64,000 bases of DNA from Kofleriaceae bacterium. GTDB lineage: Bacteria; Myxococcota_A; Polyangia; Haliangiales; Haliangiaceae. The DNA lies in assembly GCA_965215005.1 (NCBI GenBank), contig CBDCCZ010000038.1, positions 96,001-160,000 on the forward strand, written 5' to 3'. The notes below the pieces were generated by a model that was given only the letters and a program-made list of their open reading frames with translations, made no database searches and had not been told where the DNA came from. Made by a program: the position numbers and the translations under genes. Of this stretch, positions 48,459 through 57,960 are shown piece by piece; position 1 is the first letter of the stretch, and every line of letters begins with the position of its first letter.

Positions 48459-48599
48459 GCTCGAGTGAACGGGAAGCCGGTGTGAATCCGGCACAGCCCC
48501 CGCTACTGTAACTGGTGCGAACGCGGCACATCGCCACTGGCCCTTGGCTGGGAAGGCGCCGCTAGTAGGAACGCCAGAAGTCAGGAGACCGGCTCGAGC
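48459..48599 (+). ncRNA. Cobalamin riboswitch
   Basis: GGGAAGCCGGTG-TGAATCCGGCAC-AGCCCCCGCTACTGTAA, GCCACTG...TGGGAAGGC, B12 box AGTCAGGAGACC; closing GCTCGAG/CTCGAGC; upstream of a TonB-dependent receptor. Confidence 0.95.
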
Positions 48600-48688
48600 G
48601 CAAGTGAACGACCTCCGGGGTGGAGGAACGACGTCGCGCTGCCGCACGTGCGGGCCGGGTCGCTTTCGCCTGCCCCACCTGCTCGGGC

Positions 48689-50968
48689 ATGCACGCGGCT
48701 TCACGACATACAACGGCTTTGGCAGTGCTGATGGCGCTGGCGGCTCCGGCCGCGGCAGATTCGCCGCACGGCGCGGCGGCGGGCGATGAGGCCGCGGCAG
48801 ATCAGCCGCACGACGCGGCGGCGGGCGATGACGCGGCAACGGATGGCAGCGCGGCTGCGGGCGATGACGCGGCAACGGGCGATGACGCGGCCATCGAAGA
48901 GTCGGCCGAGGCCGCTGGCGCCGAGCGCATCATTTTGTGGGGCCGCGCTCCTCGCGGCGGAGTCGGCGCGCTCGCCACCGCCGATCCAGTGCACGCGGAC
49001 GCTGCGCGCGCTCTCGCCGATGCCGCGTTCGTGACCGTGGTCCGCATCGACGCGCGTGCTGACGAGACCACCTCCATCGCCGAAACGCTCTCGCAGAGCC
49101 TTGGTGTCAACGTTCGCAGTCTCGGCGGCCTTGGCGCATTCTCCTCGATATCGGTGCGTGGCGCCGATGCGGGCCACACCACCGTGCTCGTCGATGGCGT
49201 GCCGCTGTCGCGTCTTGGTTCGGTGAGCGTCGACCTCAACCGCTATGCGCTCACGTCGTTTTCGGAGCTCGAGCTGTATCGCGGTGCGGTTCCCGCAGCC
49301 CTTGGCGGCGCGGCGCTCGGCGGGGCCCTCAATCTCGTCACTCGGGTTGGCCGTCCGGCCGATGGTGAACGCGCGCGGGCCTCGGTGGGCGGCGGCTCGT
49401 TCGGCGCTCGCCACGCGCGTGGCCGCCTGCTCGCCGGCGATGTCGATGGCCGCTGGGGCGCTCATATATCCGCTGGCTATGCCGAAGCCGCGGGCGACTT
49501 CGTCTACTACAACGACAACGGTACGAATTTGGTCGCCACCGACGATCGCTACCAGCCGCGCAGCAACAACGGGTATCAGCAGCTCGATAGCGTCGCGCGT
49601 CTACGACTCGCCCTGCAGGACTGGCGCATCGAGGGCGGCGCTCGCCTGCTATGGAAGTCGCAAGGCGTTCCGGGCGCGGGCAGCATGCCTTCGAGTCGCG
49701 CCCATCTCGAGACCTTCGGACCCATCGCCGATGTCGCCCTCGAGCGCCAAGGCTTTGCTGCAGCACCCAACCTGGCGCTGCTCCTGCGCACCTACGGCTC
49801 GCTCGAGTGGCAGCATTACGACGATCGCGGCGGCGAGGTCGGCGTCGGCAGCCAAGATCGGCGCTATCGAACCCAGAGCGTCGGCGTCATCGCCGAGCTG
49901 CGCGCGCTGCTCGGCAGCCATCGCGTGAGCGTGGCGATCGACGATCGCATCGACTGGTTTCGCGAGCGCGATCTGCTCAGTAGCACCCCGCGCACCAGTG
50001 GCCGCCGCGTCGCTGCAGCGCTCAGTGTCGCCGACGAGCTGACGCTGTTCGAGAACCGGCTGGTGGTCACGCCGGCGGTGCGGCTCGATGTCAATCATAC
50101 CCAACCCGTCGCCGACTCGAGCTCGCCGGTCCAGAGCGGGCGTATGACCGAATCAGTGACCGACCTGGCGCCGAGCCCGCGGCTTGCGGCGCGCTGGTCG
50201 CTAACGCCCGCTGCGGCCCTCAAGGGCAGCGTTGGCTGGTATTTTCGCGCTCCCACCGTCTTCGAATTGTTCGGTGACCGCGGGTACATCCTCGGCAATC
50301 CGCGGCTCGAGAGTGAGACCGGTCCTTCGGCGGACCTCGGCGTGGTGTTGGCGCCGTCGCGGCCCGTCGGCATCGCCGACCGCCTCTATCTCGAGACCGC
50401 TGGCTTCGTTCGCCAGCCGCGCAACGCCATTGGCTATGTTCGCGCCAGCGGCAACGTCAGCGCCGTGGAAAATCTCGGCGACGCCCTCATCTGGGGCGTA
50501 GAGAGTGGCGCTTCGGTGCGGCTTTGGACCGCGCTCACTCTCAGCGGCAACTACACCTTGCTGGCGTCGCGTCGCGATTCGCCGGTGCTGTCGTTCGATG
50601 GCAAGCGCCTGCCGCAGCGGCCCCTGCATCAGCTCTATGGCCGCGCCGAGCTCGGCCACTACGTCGGCGATCGATTGTTGCATCTGTGGACCGATGCGAG
50701 CTACGCCGACCAGAGCTTTCTCGACGGCGGCAATAACCTCATCGTGCCGACGCGGCGGCTGATCGGCGCCGGATTCGGCGTCGATCTCCACGCTGGCTTG
50801 CGCCTCGCCATCGAGGCCAAGAATCTGGCCGACCAGCGGACTGAGAGAGTCGATTTGGCCCGCCCTTCTATTGGCGGACCCACCAGCGTGCTGCAAGCGG
50901 TAGCGGACTTCTCCGGCTATCCGCTGCCCGGCCGCTCGTATTACCTCACCGCCGAATGGCGGCAGTAA
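48689..50968 (+). CDS. btuB: TonB-dependent receptor (BtuB-like)
   Basis: Plug motifs SISVRG, VLVDGVPL, LELYRG; FRAPTVFELFG, GNPRLESE, PGRSYYL; riboswitch-controlled. Alternative start GTG 48620. Confidence 0.88.
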   Translation: MHAASRHTTALAVLMALAAPAAADSPHGAAAGDEAAADQPHDAAAGDDAATDGSAAAGDDAATGDDAAIEESAEAAGAERIILWGRAPRGGVGALATADPVHADAARALADAAFVTVVRIDARADETTSIAETLSQSLGVNVRSLGGLGAFSSISVRGADAGHTTVLVDGVPLSRLGSVSVDLNRYALTSFSELELYRGAVPAALGGAALGGALNLVTRVGRPADGERARASVGGGSFGARHARGRLLAGDVDGRWGAHISAGYAEAAGDFVYYNDNGTNLVATDDRYQPRSNNGYQQLDSVARLRLALQDWRIEGGARLLWKSQGVPGAGSMPSSRAHLETFGPIADVALERQGFAAAPNLALLLRTYGSLEWQHYDDRGGEVGVGSQDRRYRTQSVGVIAELRALLGSHRVSVAIDDRIDWFRERDLLSSTPRTSGRRVAAALSVADELTLFENRLVVTPAVRLDVNHTQPVADSSSPVQSGRMTESVTDLAPSPRLAARWSLTPAAALKGSVGWYFRAPTVFELFGDRGYILGNPRLESETGPSADLGVVLAPSRPVGIADRLYLETAGFVRQPRNAIGYVRASGNVSAVENLGDALIWGVESGASVRLWTALTLSGNYTLLASRRDSPVLSFDGKRLPQRPLHQLYGRAELGHYVGDRLLHLWTDASYADQSFLDGGNNLIVPTRRLIGAGFGVDLHAGLRLAIEAKNLADQRTERVDLARPSIGGPTSVLQAVADFSGYPLPGRSYYLTAEWRQ
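48752..48892 (+). repeat. Imperfect AAAGDDAA-coding repeats in the btuB N-terminal linker
   Basis: GGGCGATGA(C/G)GC core four times. Confidence 0.75.
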
Positions 50969-50986
50969 CCATTAGGAGTCTTGCGT

Positions 50987-52141
50987 ATGTTCATTCGTCT
51001 TTTTGCGTGTAGTTCTCTCGTGCTCGCGCTCATGACCGCTTGCGGCGATGACACCGTCGATAGCGGCGCTGGCGATGATCGTGCCGATGCCGGCACCGAC
51101 CCCGGTGACGACACGGGCGATGGCGGCGTCATGGCTGAGAGTGCGACCATCTTCGCGCTCGGCAGAGATGGCTCGGCCGGCATCGCCAGCACGATCAGCG
51201 TTCCCGCTCTCGAGGTCACCCGCGACGTGGTCTCCGGCGTCGCCTCGAGTGATGCGGTGGTGCGCAAAGACGGCTCGCGCCTCTACGTCATCAATCGCTT
51301 CAGCTTCAACAACGTGACTGTTCTCGATGCAGCCGATTACTCGCTGATCGCGCAGTTCTCCACCGGCAACGACAGCAACCCCCAGGACCTGGCTGTGGTG
51401 GGTGATTCGCTTTATATCGCTGCGTTCGGCGCTTCGAGCTTGCTCATCGTCGATGCCGGCAACCTCGCGGCCGGCGTCGCGGCCGAGGTCGACTTGTCGG
51501 CGCTCGATCCTGACGGCAAGCCCAACTGCAATTCGGTTCTTGCCGTGGATGATCGCGTCTACGTCGCCTGCGGTCTTCTCGACGAGAACTTCGCGCCGCG
51601 CGGCAACGGCAAGATCGCCGTCATCGACACCAACACCAACGAGCTGGTGGAAACGCTCGAGCTCAGCACCCCCAACCCCTTTGGCTCACTGATGCTCGTC
51701 GACGACGCGAGCACCCTGTCCCCTACCATCTTGATTCCCACCGTCACCGATTTCTCGAACCCGATGACGGGCTGCATCGAGAAAATCACTGCCGGACCAA
51801 CACCGAAGGCCGATGGTTGCTTGGTGGACAACGCGACGCTGGGTGGTTTCGTCGGCGGCATGGAGAGCATCGGCGAGCGACTCTGGTTGGTGGTCACGTA
51901 CTACGGCGATTCGGGCCCCGTGGGTAGCTTGCACACGTACGACCTGGCCACGGGCACGTACTCGGCGTCGCTTTCTCCAGACTCGCAGATCCTGCAGGGA
52001 TTGGCTCGTTGCCCCACCGGTGAGGTGGTCGTTGCCGATACCGCAGGCGGCCTTCGCGTCTACGAGGACGACGGCACCGAAATGACCTCGGCGCCGCTCG
52101 ACCTCGGCTTGCCGCCCGCCGGTAGCATGGTCTGCTACTGA
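50987..52141 (+). CDS. Beta-propeller surface lipoprotein (YncE/BtuG-like)
   Basis: Lipobox [31 protein letters not shown] blades; AGGAG SD; 18 nt after btuB. Confidence 0.75.
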   Translation: MFIRLFACSSLVLALMTACGDDTVDSGAGDDRADAGTDPGDDTGDGGVMAESATIFALGRDGSAGIASTISVPALEVTRDVVSGVASSDAVVRKDGSRLYVINRFSFNNVTVLDAADYSLIAQFSTGNDSNPQDLAVVGDSLYIAAFGASSLLIVDAGNLAAGVAAEVDLSALDPDGKPNCNSVLAVDDRVYVACGLLDENFAPRGNGKIAVIDTNTNELVETLELSTPNPFGSLMLVDDASTLSPTILIPTVTDFSNPMTGCIEKITAGPTPKADGCLVDNATLGGFVGGMESIGERLWLVVTYYGDSGPVGSLHTYDLATGTYSASLSPDSQILQGLARCPTGEVVVADTAGGLRVYEDDGTEMTSAPLDLGLPPAGSMVCY

Positions 52142-53004
52142 GCAGGAGGCGTTGCTGCGGGAGGCGTTGCTGCGGGAGGCGTTGCTGCAGGAGGCGTTAC
52201 TGCAGGAGGCTTCGTCGCGGGAGGCGTTGCTGCAGGAGGCTTCGTCGCGGGAGGCGTTGCCGCAGGAGGCGTGGCGCGCACGCAGAACGCCTCGGCGGTC
52301 ACCTCGAGCTCGTCGTCTTCTGCGACGTTGCGATAATCGCAGCGCCAGCCGCCCGCGACGTTTGAATCGGCGATAGCCAGCGGTCGGGCGCTGAGGAGCT
52401 GCGCGAGCCACATCGGCTGCGCGTAGCAGCCGCCGGTGATGAGCAGGTCGGTGGCGCGGTCGCAGCGGGCAATGGCCGAGGCCATCCGCTGCGCCGCAAC
52501 CCGCACTCGATGCTCGCGACGCACCAGGTCGGCTTTCTGCGCGTAGGCGCCTGGTGGTCCCGGTGGTCCAGCGGGACCTTGCACGCCTTGCGGCCCTTGC
52601 AGCCCCTGCGGTCCCTGCAGCCCTTGCACGCCTTGCGGCCCGGCCGCACCCGACGGGCCGCGATCGCCGATTGGCCCCGCGGGACCTTCTGACCCTGGCG
52701 GTCCCAGCGGTCCTTCGGGCCCTTGCACGCCTTGCGGCCCTGGCGGTCCTTGTGGTCCTGGCGGCCCGACGGGACCGCGCACTCCGGCGTCGGCAGGTAG
52801 CGCCGCGAGCGCCGCGGCGACCCGCTCGGCAGCCACGTCGCCTCGCACCTCGAGCGCTGCTACGCGCGCTTGCAGCGCGGCCACGAGCTCGACCGCCGGC
52901 GTTGCCTGTTGCGGCGCAATGACTCCAGCATCGCCCGGGCTGGATGCAGGCGAAGGCGTGCAGCCGCCCATGATCAATGCAATGGCTGCCGCCAGCGGCT
53001 TCAT
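52135..53004 (-). CDS. Collagen-like lipoprotein
   Basis: Lipobox IMGG-C; 27 consecutive Gly-X-Y triplets; Cys-containing C-terminal domain (ARC...TGGC...WRC...AFC); Pro-rich tail. Confidence 0.85.
   Translation of the reverse strand: MKPLAAAIALIMGGCTPSPASSPGDAGVIAPQQATPAVELVAALQARVAALEVRGDVAAERVAAALAALPADAGVRGPVGPPGPQGPPGPQGVQGPEGPLGPPGSEGPAGPIGDRGPSGAAGPQGVQGLQGPQGLQGPQGVQGPAGPPGPPGAYAQKADLVRREHRVRVAAQRMASAIARCDRATDLLITGGCYAQPMWLAQLLSARPLAIADSNVAGGWRCDYRNVAEDDELEVTAEAFCVRATPPAATPPATKPPAATPPATKPPAVTPPAATPPAATPPAATPPAQ
52141..52275 (-). repeat. 9 x 15-bp tandem repeat encoding (A/T/V)(T/K)PPA
   Basis: GC(A/G)GGAGGCGTTGCT-like units on the + strand. Confidence 0.92.
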
Positions 53005-53111
53005 CGACAGCCATCCTAGCAACTCGTTCACCAGCTGCTGCAAATCGGCACCGCGCGCATGTCATTTGCGCCGGCGCTCCGGTAGGCTCGCCGCTCTCGC
53101 AGAGCAACGCC

Positions 53112-53771
53112 ATGAGTGATTTGACCTTTCCCCAAGGCCCCGACCTCACCGTAACCGCCCTCTCGCTGGCCGTCGATCATCGAGCGCGCCCGCAGATCAT
53201 GCGTGGGCTCGCGCCGGTGTTGCCGGCCGACGCCGCGGCCGCCGATCCCGCGGCGCTGCGCGCGCTGCTTCATCAGTTTGGCCGCGTGCTGCGCCAGTAT
53301 CGCGAGGCATGGCGCATGGCTGGCGTCGTCAAGCTCGGCACCATGCAGCCCGAAGAAGCCGAGCATCGCTACCGAGGGCTGCTGGCCGAGCTTTCCGCGC
53401 GCGGCAGCAAAGAGCGGCTGCAAGAGCTTCCGAGTGGCGCCGATCCGGTGTCCGTCGTGACCTGCGCGGTCGCCTCGCGCGATGAGCTCATCGATATTCG
53501 CGACGTCGCCGACCGCGAGCGGGTGCGCGCCAGTCTCGAGGTCTACTCGTGGGTGAGCCAGTGGCCTATGGTCGCCGCGGCCGTGGTTTGGACGCCGCCT
53601 CAGGACAACACCAGCCTAGCCGCCGCCGCCGCGAGCATGTTGTTTCCTGAGCTCGTGCCGCTCCATGGCGTCACGTTTCAAGATCAGCGGCACTGCTCGG
53701 TCTGCGGCAGCCCCCAATTCGCCCTGTTCTCGCGCTGCTCGCGCTGCGGCGCCAGCGCCGCCGCCTCGTAA
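53112..53771 (+). CDS. Hypothetical protein with C-terminal Cys4 zinc ribbon
   Basis: CSVCG...CSRCG at the C-terminus; TAGGCT upstream. Confidence 0.65.
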   Translation: MSDLTFPQGPDLTVTALSLAVDHRARPQIMRGLAPVLPADAAAADPAALRALLHQFGRVLRQYREAWRMAGVVKLGTMQPEEAEHRYRGLLAELSARGSKERLQELPSGADPVSVVTCAVASRDELIDIRDVADRERVRASLEVYSWVSQWPMVAAAVVWTPPQDNTSLAAAAASMLFPELVPLHGVTFQDQRHCSVCGSPQFALFSRCSRCGASAAAS

Positions 53772-53888
53772 TTCGCGCGTCTGCTGCGACGGAGTTTCCA
53801 CCGCGAGAGCCGGATATCCAGACCCGGGAGCTGCACGCCGGCGCACGCAAAAGTTGCCCTTCGTCCCGGGACTCGCTACGACCAACCC

Positions 53889-54668
53889 ATGATCGAGCTG
53901 GTGGGGGTTGCCGCGCGCTCGCTCGCGGGTATCGATCTGGCCGTCGCCGAGGGCCAGATAGCACTGCTCTTTGGTCCCGCCGGAGCCGGCAAGACCACGC
54001 TCTTGTCGCTGCTCATCGGGGCACTGCGCGCAGACCATGGCGAAGTTCTGGTGTTTGGCCGCGACGTCGGGAAGCTGCGTCGTTCTTCCGTCGCGTTATT
54101 GCGCCGTGCCGTTGGCGTCTTGCCCGAAGACCAGCAGCTCATTGCCGAGCTTTCGGCTCTGGCGAACGTGGCCGTGCCCTTGGAAATCCTGGCGCTGCCG
54201 CGCCGCGAGCTGCGCACCCGGGCGGTGGAGTCGCTGGCGCGGCTCGGTATCGCCGAGGTCGACGCTCCAGTTCGCAGTCTATCGGCAGGCGAGCGGCAAC
54301 GCGTGGCCATCGCGCGAGCCATCGTCGCCGAGCCGGCGCTGCTGGTGCTCGATGAGCCCACCGCGCACCTTGGCCCGGCCGACGCTGACCATGTGATTGG
54401 CCTCCTCGCCGAGCAGAGCGCTGCCGGCGTCACCGTCGTCGCGGCCACCACCGATGCGCGGCTTTTTGAAGTGGCGGCGCTGTGTGATTGGCGGCGGTTC
54501 GAGCTCGATCACGGCATCGCGTGCGAGCTGCGTGCTCCTGCCGCGCACGTCGTAAAGAGCGGCGAATCCTCCAGCGACTCGTCCCTCGATCGCGACAAGC
54601 CAGCCGGAGGCGCGTCCGGTGTGGTGATGTTTCCGTTGTCTGCGCGCGCCCATGGGAGCTCCGAATGA
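53889..54668 (+). CDS. ftsE: FtsE-like ABC ATPase
   Basis: GPAGAGKT, LSAGERQRVAIARA, VLDEPTA; context ftsX-envC-ctpA. Confidence 0.75.
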   Translation: MIELVGVAARSLAGIDLAVAEGQIALLFGPAGAGKTTLLSLLIGALRADHGEVLVFGRDVGKLRRSSVALLRRAVGVLPEDQQLIAELSALANVAVPLEILALPRRELRTRAVESLARLGIAEVDAPVRSLSAGERQRVAIARAIVAEPALLVLDEPTAHLGPADADHVIGLLAEQSAAGVTVVAATTDARLFEVAALCDWRRFELDHGIACELRAPAAHVVKSGESSSDSSLDRDKPAGGASGVVMFPLSARAHGSSE

Positions 54669-54829
54669 AACCGTGGCTACATCGCCATTCGCCCGCCAGC
54701 TCGTCTACAGCCTCTCTAGAGGCCAATGAGGCCGCCGCCCGGCGCGACTTGCCCGCCGAGGTCATCGACCTCAGTGCCGGGGCGTTCGAGCAGCGTTTTC
54801 CCACGCTGGCCAAACGGCGACGGAGCTAA
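54665..54829 (+). CDS. Putative 54-aa small protein inside the ftsEX operon
   Basis: ATGA overlap with the ftsE stop; GGGAG upstream; stop 2 nt before the ftsX start. Confidence 0.5.
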   Translation: MKPWLHRHSPASSSTASLEANEAAARRDLPAEVIDLSAGAFEQRFPTLAKRRRS

Positions 54830-54831
54830 GT

Positions 54832-55734
54832 TTGCACCGGCGGCTTCGCGTCGTTGGCTACGGCATCGGCCGCGTGTTTTCCTCGCTGCGTAGACGTCGC
54901 CGTCGCGCGATCGGGTTCGTCCTTGCCGTTGCCGTGACGCTCTCGGTGATCGCGCTGGCTCGCCTCGCAGACCGCAACTTGCAAGCGATGACGAGACGCT
55001 TTGGTGGCGCGCAGATGATCGTCTACCTCGAGTACGGCACCACCGCGCCTCATGCGGAGCGCATCGCAGAGGTGCTGCGCGGGCTTGGCGGCATCGAGCG
55101 CGTCGAGCTTGTCGATCCCGAGGGCGCGATGGAACGGCTCCGCAGCTCACTCGGTGAGCACGACGAGCTGCTCACGTCCCTCGAGGCGGGTCTATTGCCC
55201 GCTTCCATCGAGGTCACCTTGGGCGAGGGCATTCGCGATGTCGCTGCGGCTCATCCTATCGTCGAAAAACTGGCCTCAACGCCGCGGGTCGAAGAGGTCG
55301 AGTTCATCGGAGAATGGGTCGAGCAGGTCACCACGCTGTTTGCCGCGCTGCGCCGCGCTTTGGAGCTGGTGATGCTTCTGGTTGCGGTCGGCGGCGGCTG
55401 CGTCGCCATCGTGCTGCTCGCCAATGGAGTTCGCGGTCGCAACCGTGAGCATCGCGTGTGGGAGCTTTGCGGCGCGACGCCGAGCTTCTATCGCGTTCCG
55501 CTGCTTTTCGAGGCCAGCCTGCTCGGAGCCGTCGCCGCGGCGCTTGCCCTGGTGCTCACGTGGCTCCTCTACGCATGGCTTGGCGCCGAGGTTGCTGCGG
55601 CGCTGTCGGCGGCATTTGGCCGCATCACGGTGCAGTTCCTGCCTGTGCTCGACATGTTGCTACTGCTCGCCGCTGGCGCCGCGCTCGGCGCCGTTGCAAG
55701 TCGCCTGGGTGCTCACGTCGATGCGGGTGATTAG
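54832..55734 (+). CDS. ftsX: FtsX-like permease
   Basis: TM1, periplasmic domain (MIVYL...LPASIEV), three further TMs, ELCGATPSFYRVPLLFEA. Confidence 0.8.
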   Translation: MHRRLRVVGYGIGRVFSSLRRRRRRAIGFVLAVAVTLSVIALARLADRNLQAMTRRFGGAQMIVYLEYGTTAPHAERIAEVLRGLGGIERVELVDPEGAMERLRSSLGEHDELLTSLEAGLLPASIEVTLGEGIRDVAAAHPIVEKLASTPRVEEVEFIGEWVEQVTTLFAALRRALELVMLLVAVGGGCVAIVLLANGVRGRNREHRVWELCGATPSFYRVPLLFEASLLGAVAAALALVLTWLLYAWLGAEVAAALSAAFGRITVQFLPVLDMLLLLAAGAALGAVASRLGAHVDAGD

Positions 55735-56503
55735 CGCGTTACTCGGCTTGAGCATGCTCGTCGCGGCAGCGCACGCAGCGCCGCCTCGAGAGCTCCGCGC
55801 TGAGGTCGACGCAGCACTCGAGGCGCAGCTGCGGGTCCTGGAGCGCACCGAAGCACTGCTGCGCGACAAGCTCGATTCTCGCCGCCAGGACGTCCGCCGT
55901 CGCGCGCGCACGACCTACAAGCTGTTGCGAGCCGGCAGCGCGCCCTTGTGGGTGGATGCGCGCGAGCGCGGTCGCACGGTGCGGCGTCGGGCGGCGGCCC
56001 GTCGCATCTTGGTGCGCGACCTGTACGAGACGGAGCTGTTGGTCGACGAGCTCGACACCGTGCTGTCGGCGCGCGCTCGGTTGCAGCGGGATCGAGCGCG
56101 TCTCGAAGCGCTCACGCTACCAGCGCCGGCGAGCCTGCATCCGCCCGCCGAGGGACGCATCGTTCGACGCTTCGGCACCTACACCCACGGCTCCGGGGCG
56201 CTGCTGTCGTCATCAGGAATCGAGCTGCGCGTGAGCCCAGGCGCGCAGGTGCGTGCGCCGAGCGCAGCAACCGTGGTGTACGCCGGGCCCCTTCGCCAGC
56301 TCGGCTTCGGCGTGGTGCTCGATCATGGCAGCTACTACACCGTGCTCGGGCGCGTGCAGCCAACAGCACAGGCAGGAGCGCACCTCGCGCGTGGCGCGAT
56401 CGTTGGGACCGCTACGGCCGATTCTCTGGCTTTCGAGGTGCGCCTAAAGGTAGGCGCCGGTGGTACCCCGATCGATCCAGCGCCGCTGCTCGGCGATCCG
56501 TAA
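55721..56503 (+). CDS. envC: EnvC-like coiled-coil protein with degenerate M23 domain
   Basis: Signal peptide, coiled coil, PAEGRIVRRFG, SGIEL (no HxxxD), VVLDHG, LAFEVR, IDP. Confidence 0.75.
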   Translation: MRVISALLGLSMLVAAAHAAPPRELRAEVDAALEAQLRVLERTEALLRDKLDSRRQDVRRRARTTYKLLRAGSAPLWVDARERGRTVRRRAAARRILVRDLYETELLVDELDTVLSARARLQRDRARLEALTLPAPASLHPPAEGRIVRRFGTYTHGSGALLSSSGIELRVSPGAQVRAPSAATVVYAGPLRQLGFGVVLDHGSYYTVLGRVQPTAQAGAHLARGAIVGTATADSLAFEVRLKVGAGGTPIDPAPLLGDP

Positions 56504-56531
56504 CACCTGCTCATCATCTATACTCGCAACG

Positions 56532-57812
56532 GTGCGCCGCCGCCTCGCGACTCACGCCGCCTGTTTCGTCGCCGGAATGGTCGTTGCGACCGCTGCCATC
56601 TCTTCGGCGGTGCCGCGCGGGGAAGACGGCGTCGACCGCTACCATACGCTCGACACCTTCGCCCAAGCGTTGGCCTACATCGCCAACGATTACGTCGAGC
56701 CGCTCGATGAGCGCTCGCTCATCTATGGCGCTGTCGATGGCATGGTGGCGCGGCTCGATGAGCATTCAGCGTTCTTGCCGCCGCGAAAATACGAGCGTTT
56801 GCGGCAGGACACGGATGGCGAGTTTGCCGGTGTTGGCCTCAGCCTGGCCGCCGGCAATGGCAACGGCGCGCCAATCATTGAAGAGATTGCGCCCGCCTCA
56901 CCAGCGGCGCGCGCCGGGTTACGCGCCGGCGATCACGTCATCGCCATCGATGGCCGCGTCATCGATGCGCAGCGGCGCGCCAAGACGTTGCACTCGGCGC
57001 TGCGCGGTCCACTCGGCTCGCGCGTGGAATTGCTGGTGAGTCGTCCGCGGTGGCAAAAACCGCGAACATTCACGCTGGTTCGCGAGCGCATCAAGGTGCC
57101 CAGCGTGCAGCACGAGGTGCTTGCAGATGGCGTTGGCTACATCGCGTTGCGGCGCTTTCAGGAAGCGAGCTCGGCGGACGTCGTCGCCGCATTGCGCGAG
57201 CTGCGCGCGCAGCACGGGCTACGCGCGTTGATTCTCGATCTGCGCGGCAACCCCGGCGGGCTCCTCGAGCAAGCGGTGCGTGTCGCCGACCTGTTCATCG
57301 ATAGCGGCACCATCGTGACGATCAAAGGGCGGCAGCGGCGGCGCATCGAGGTGCAAAACGCCCATGCCGGCGGCACCTGGCAAGGGTTCCCAATGGTTGT
57401 GATGATCGATGCCGGGTCCGCCTCGGCGGCCGAAATCGTCGCGGGCGCGCTGCAAGATCATCGACGCGCGATGGTGCTAGGCGAGCCGAGCTACGGCAAG
57501 GGATCGGTGCAGACCTTCCTCGACCTGCGCGACGGCAGTGGCCTCAAGCTCACCACTGCCCGGTATTTCACGCCCTCGGGAAAGAGCTTGGAAGGTGCGG
57601 GAATCCAACCGGATCTGGCGGTCGAGGCGTTCGCTGCCGAGACCATCGTTGTCAAACGCCGTGGTCACGGTAGCGCCGCACCGAAGGAAGGTCGCGCCAC
57701 CGCTGGCGAAGTCGGCGAGAAAGATGCGAAACTGCTGGCTCTGCTGCAGCGCGATCATCAACTCTCGGTGGCCTATCAAACCGCCCATCGTTGGCTCGAG
57801 GCCGCGAACTGA
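56532..57812 (+). CDS. ctpA: S41 carboxyl-terminal processing protease
   Basis: LDEHS, PDZ (FAGVGL), ILDLRGNPGG, SASAAEIVAGALQD, SYGKGSVQ, LTTARY; GTG 7 nt after TATACT. Confidence 0.93.
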   Translation: MRRRLATHAACFVAGMVVATAAISSAVPRGEDGVDRYHTLDTFAQALAYIANDYVEPLDERSLIYGAVDGMVARLDEHSAFLPPRKYERLRQDTDGEFAGVGLSLAAGNGNGAPIIEEIAPASPAARAGLRAGDHVIAIDGRVIDAQRRAKTLHSALRGPLGSRVELLVSRPRWQKPRTFTLVRERIKVPSVQHEVLADGVGYIALRRFQEASSADVVAALRELRAQHGLRALILDLRGNPGGLLEQAVRVADLFIDSGTIVTIKGRQRRRIEVQNAHAGGTWQGFPMVVMIDAGSASAAEIVAGALQDHRRAMVLGEPSYGKGSVQTFLDLRDGSGLKLTTARYFTPSGKSLEGAGIQPDLAVEAFAAETIVVKRRGHGSAAPKEGRATAGEVGEKDAKLLALLQRDHQLSVAYQTAHRWLEAAN

Positions 57813-57893
57813 CGATGTACGTCTGTTTTGGAGTCAGTGCGACGACGCGCGGCGCGTGCGCGGTCACGCGGTGGCGAAAGTTCGCCGCACTCA

Positions 57894-57923
57894 TTGACAC
57901 TCCTCACTCGGAATTCTTAGCCT
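57894..57923 (+). promoter_or_regulatory. Sigma70-like promoter of the FHA gene
   Basis: TTGACA-N18-TAGCCT. Confidence 0.55.
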
Positions 57924-57960
57924 TTCCAATGATTTGGTGAGCGCGGGGAGTCCCGGAGGC

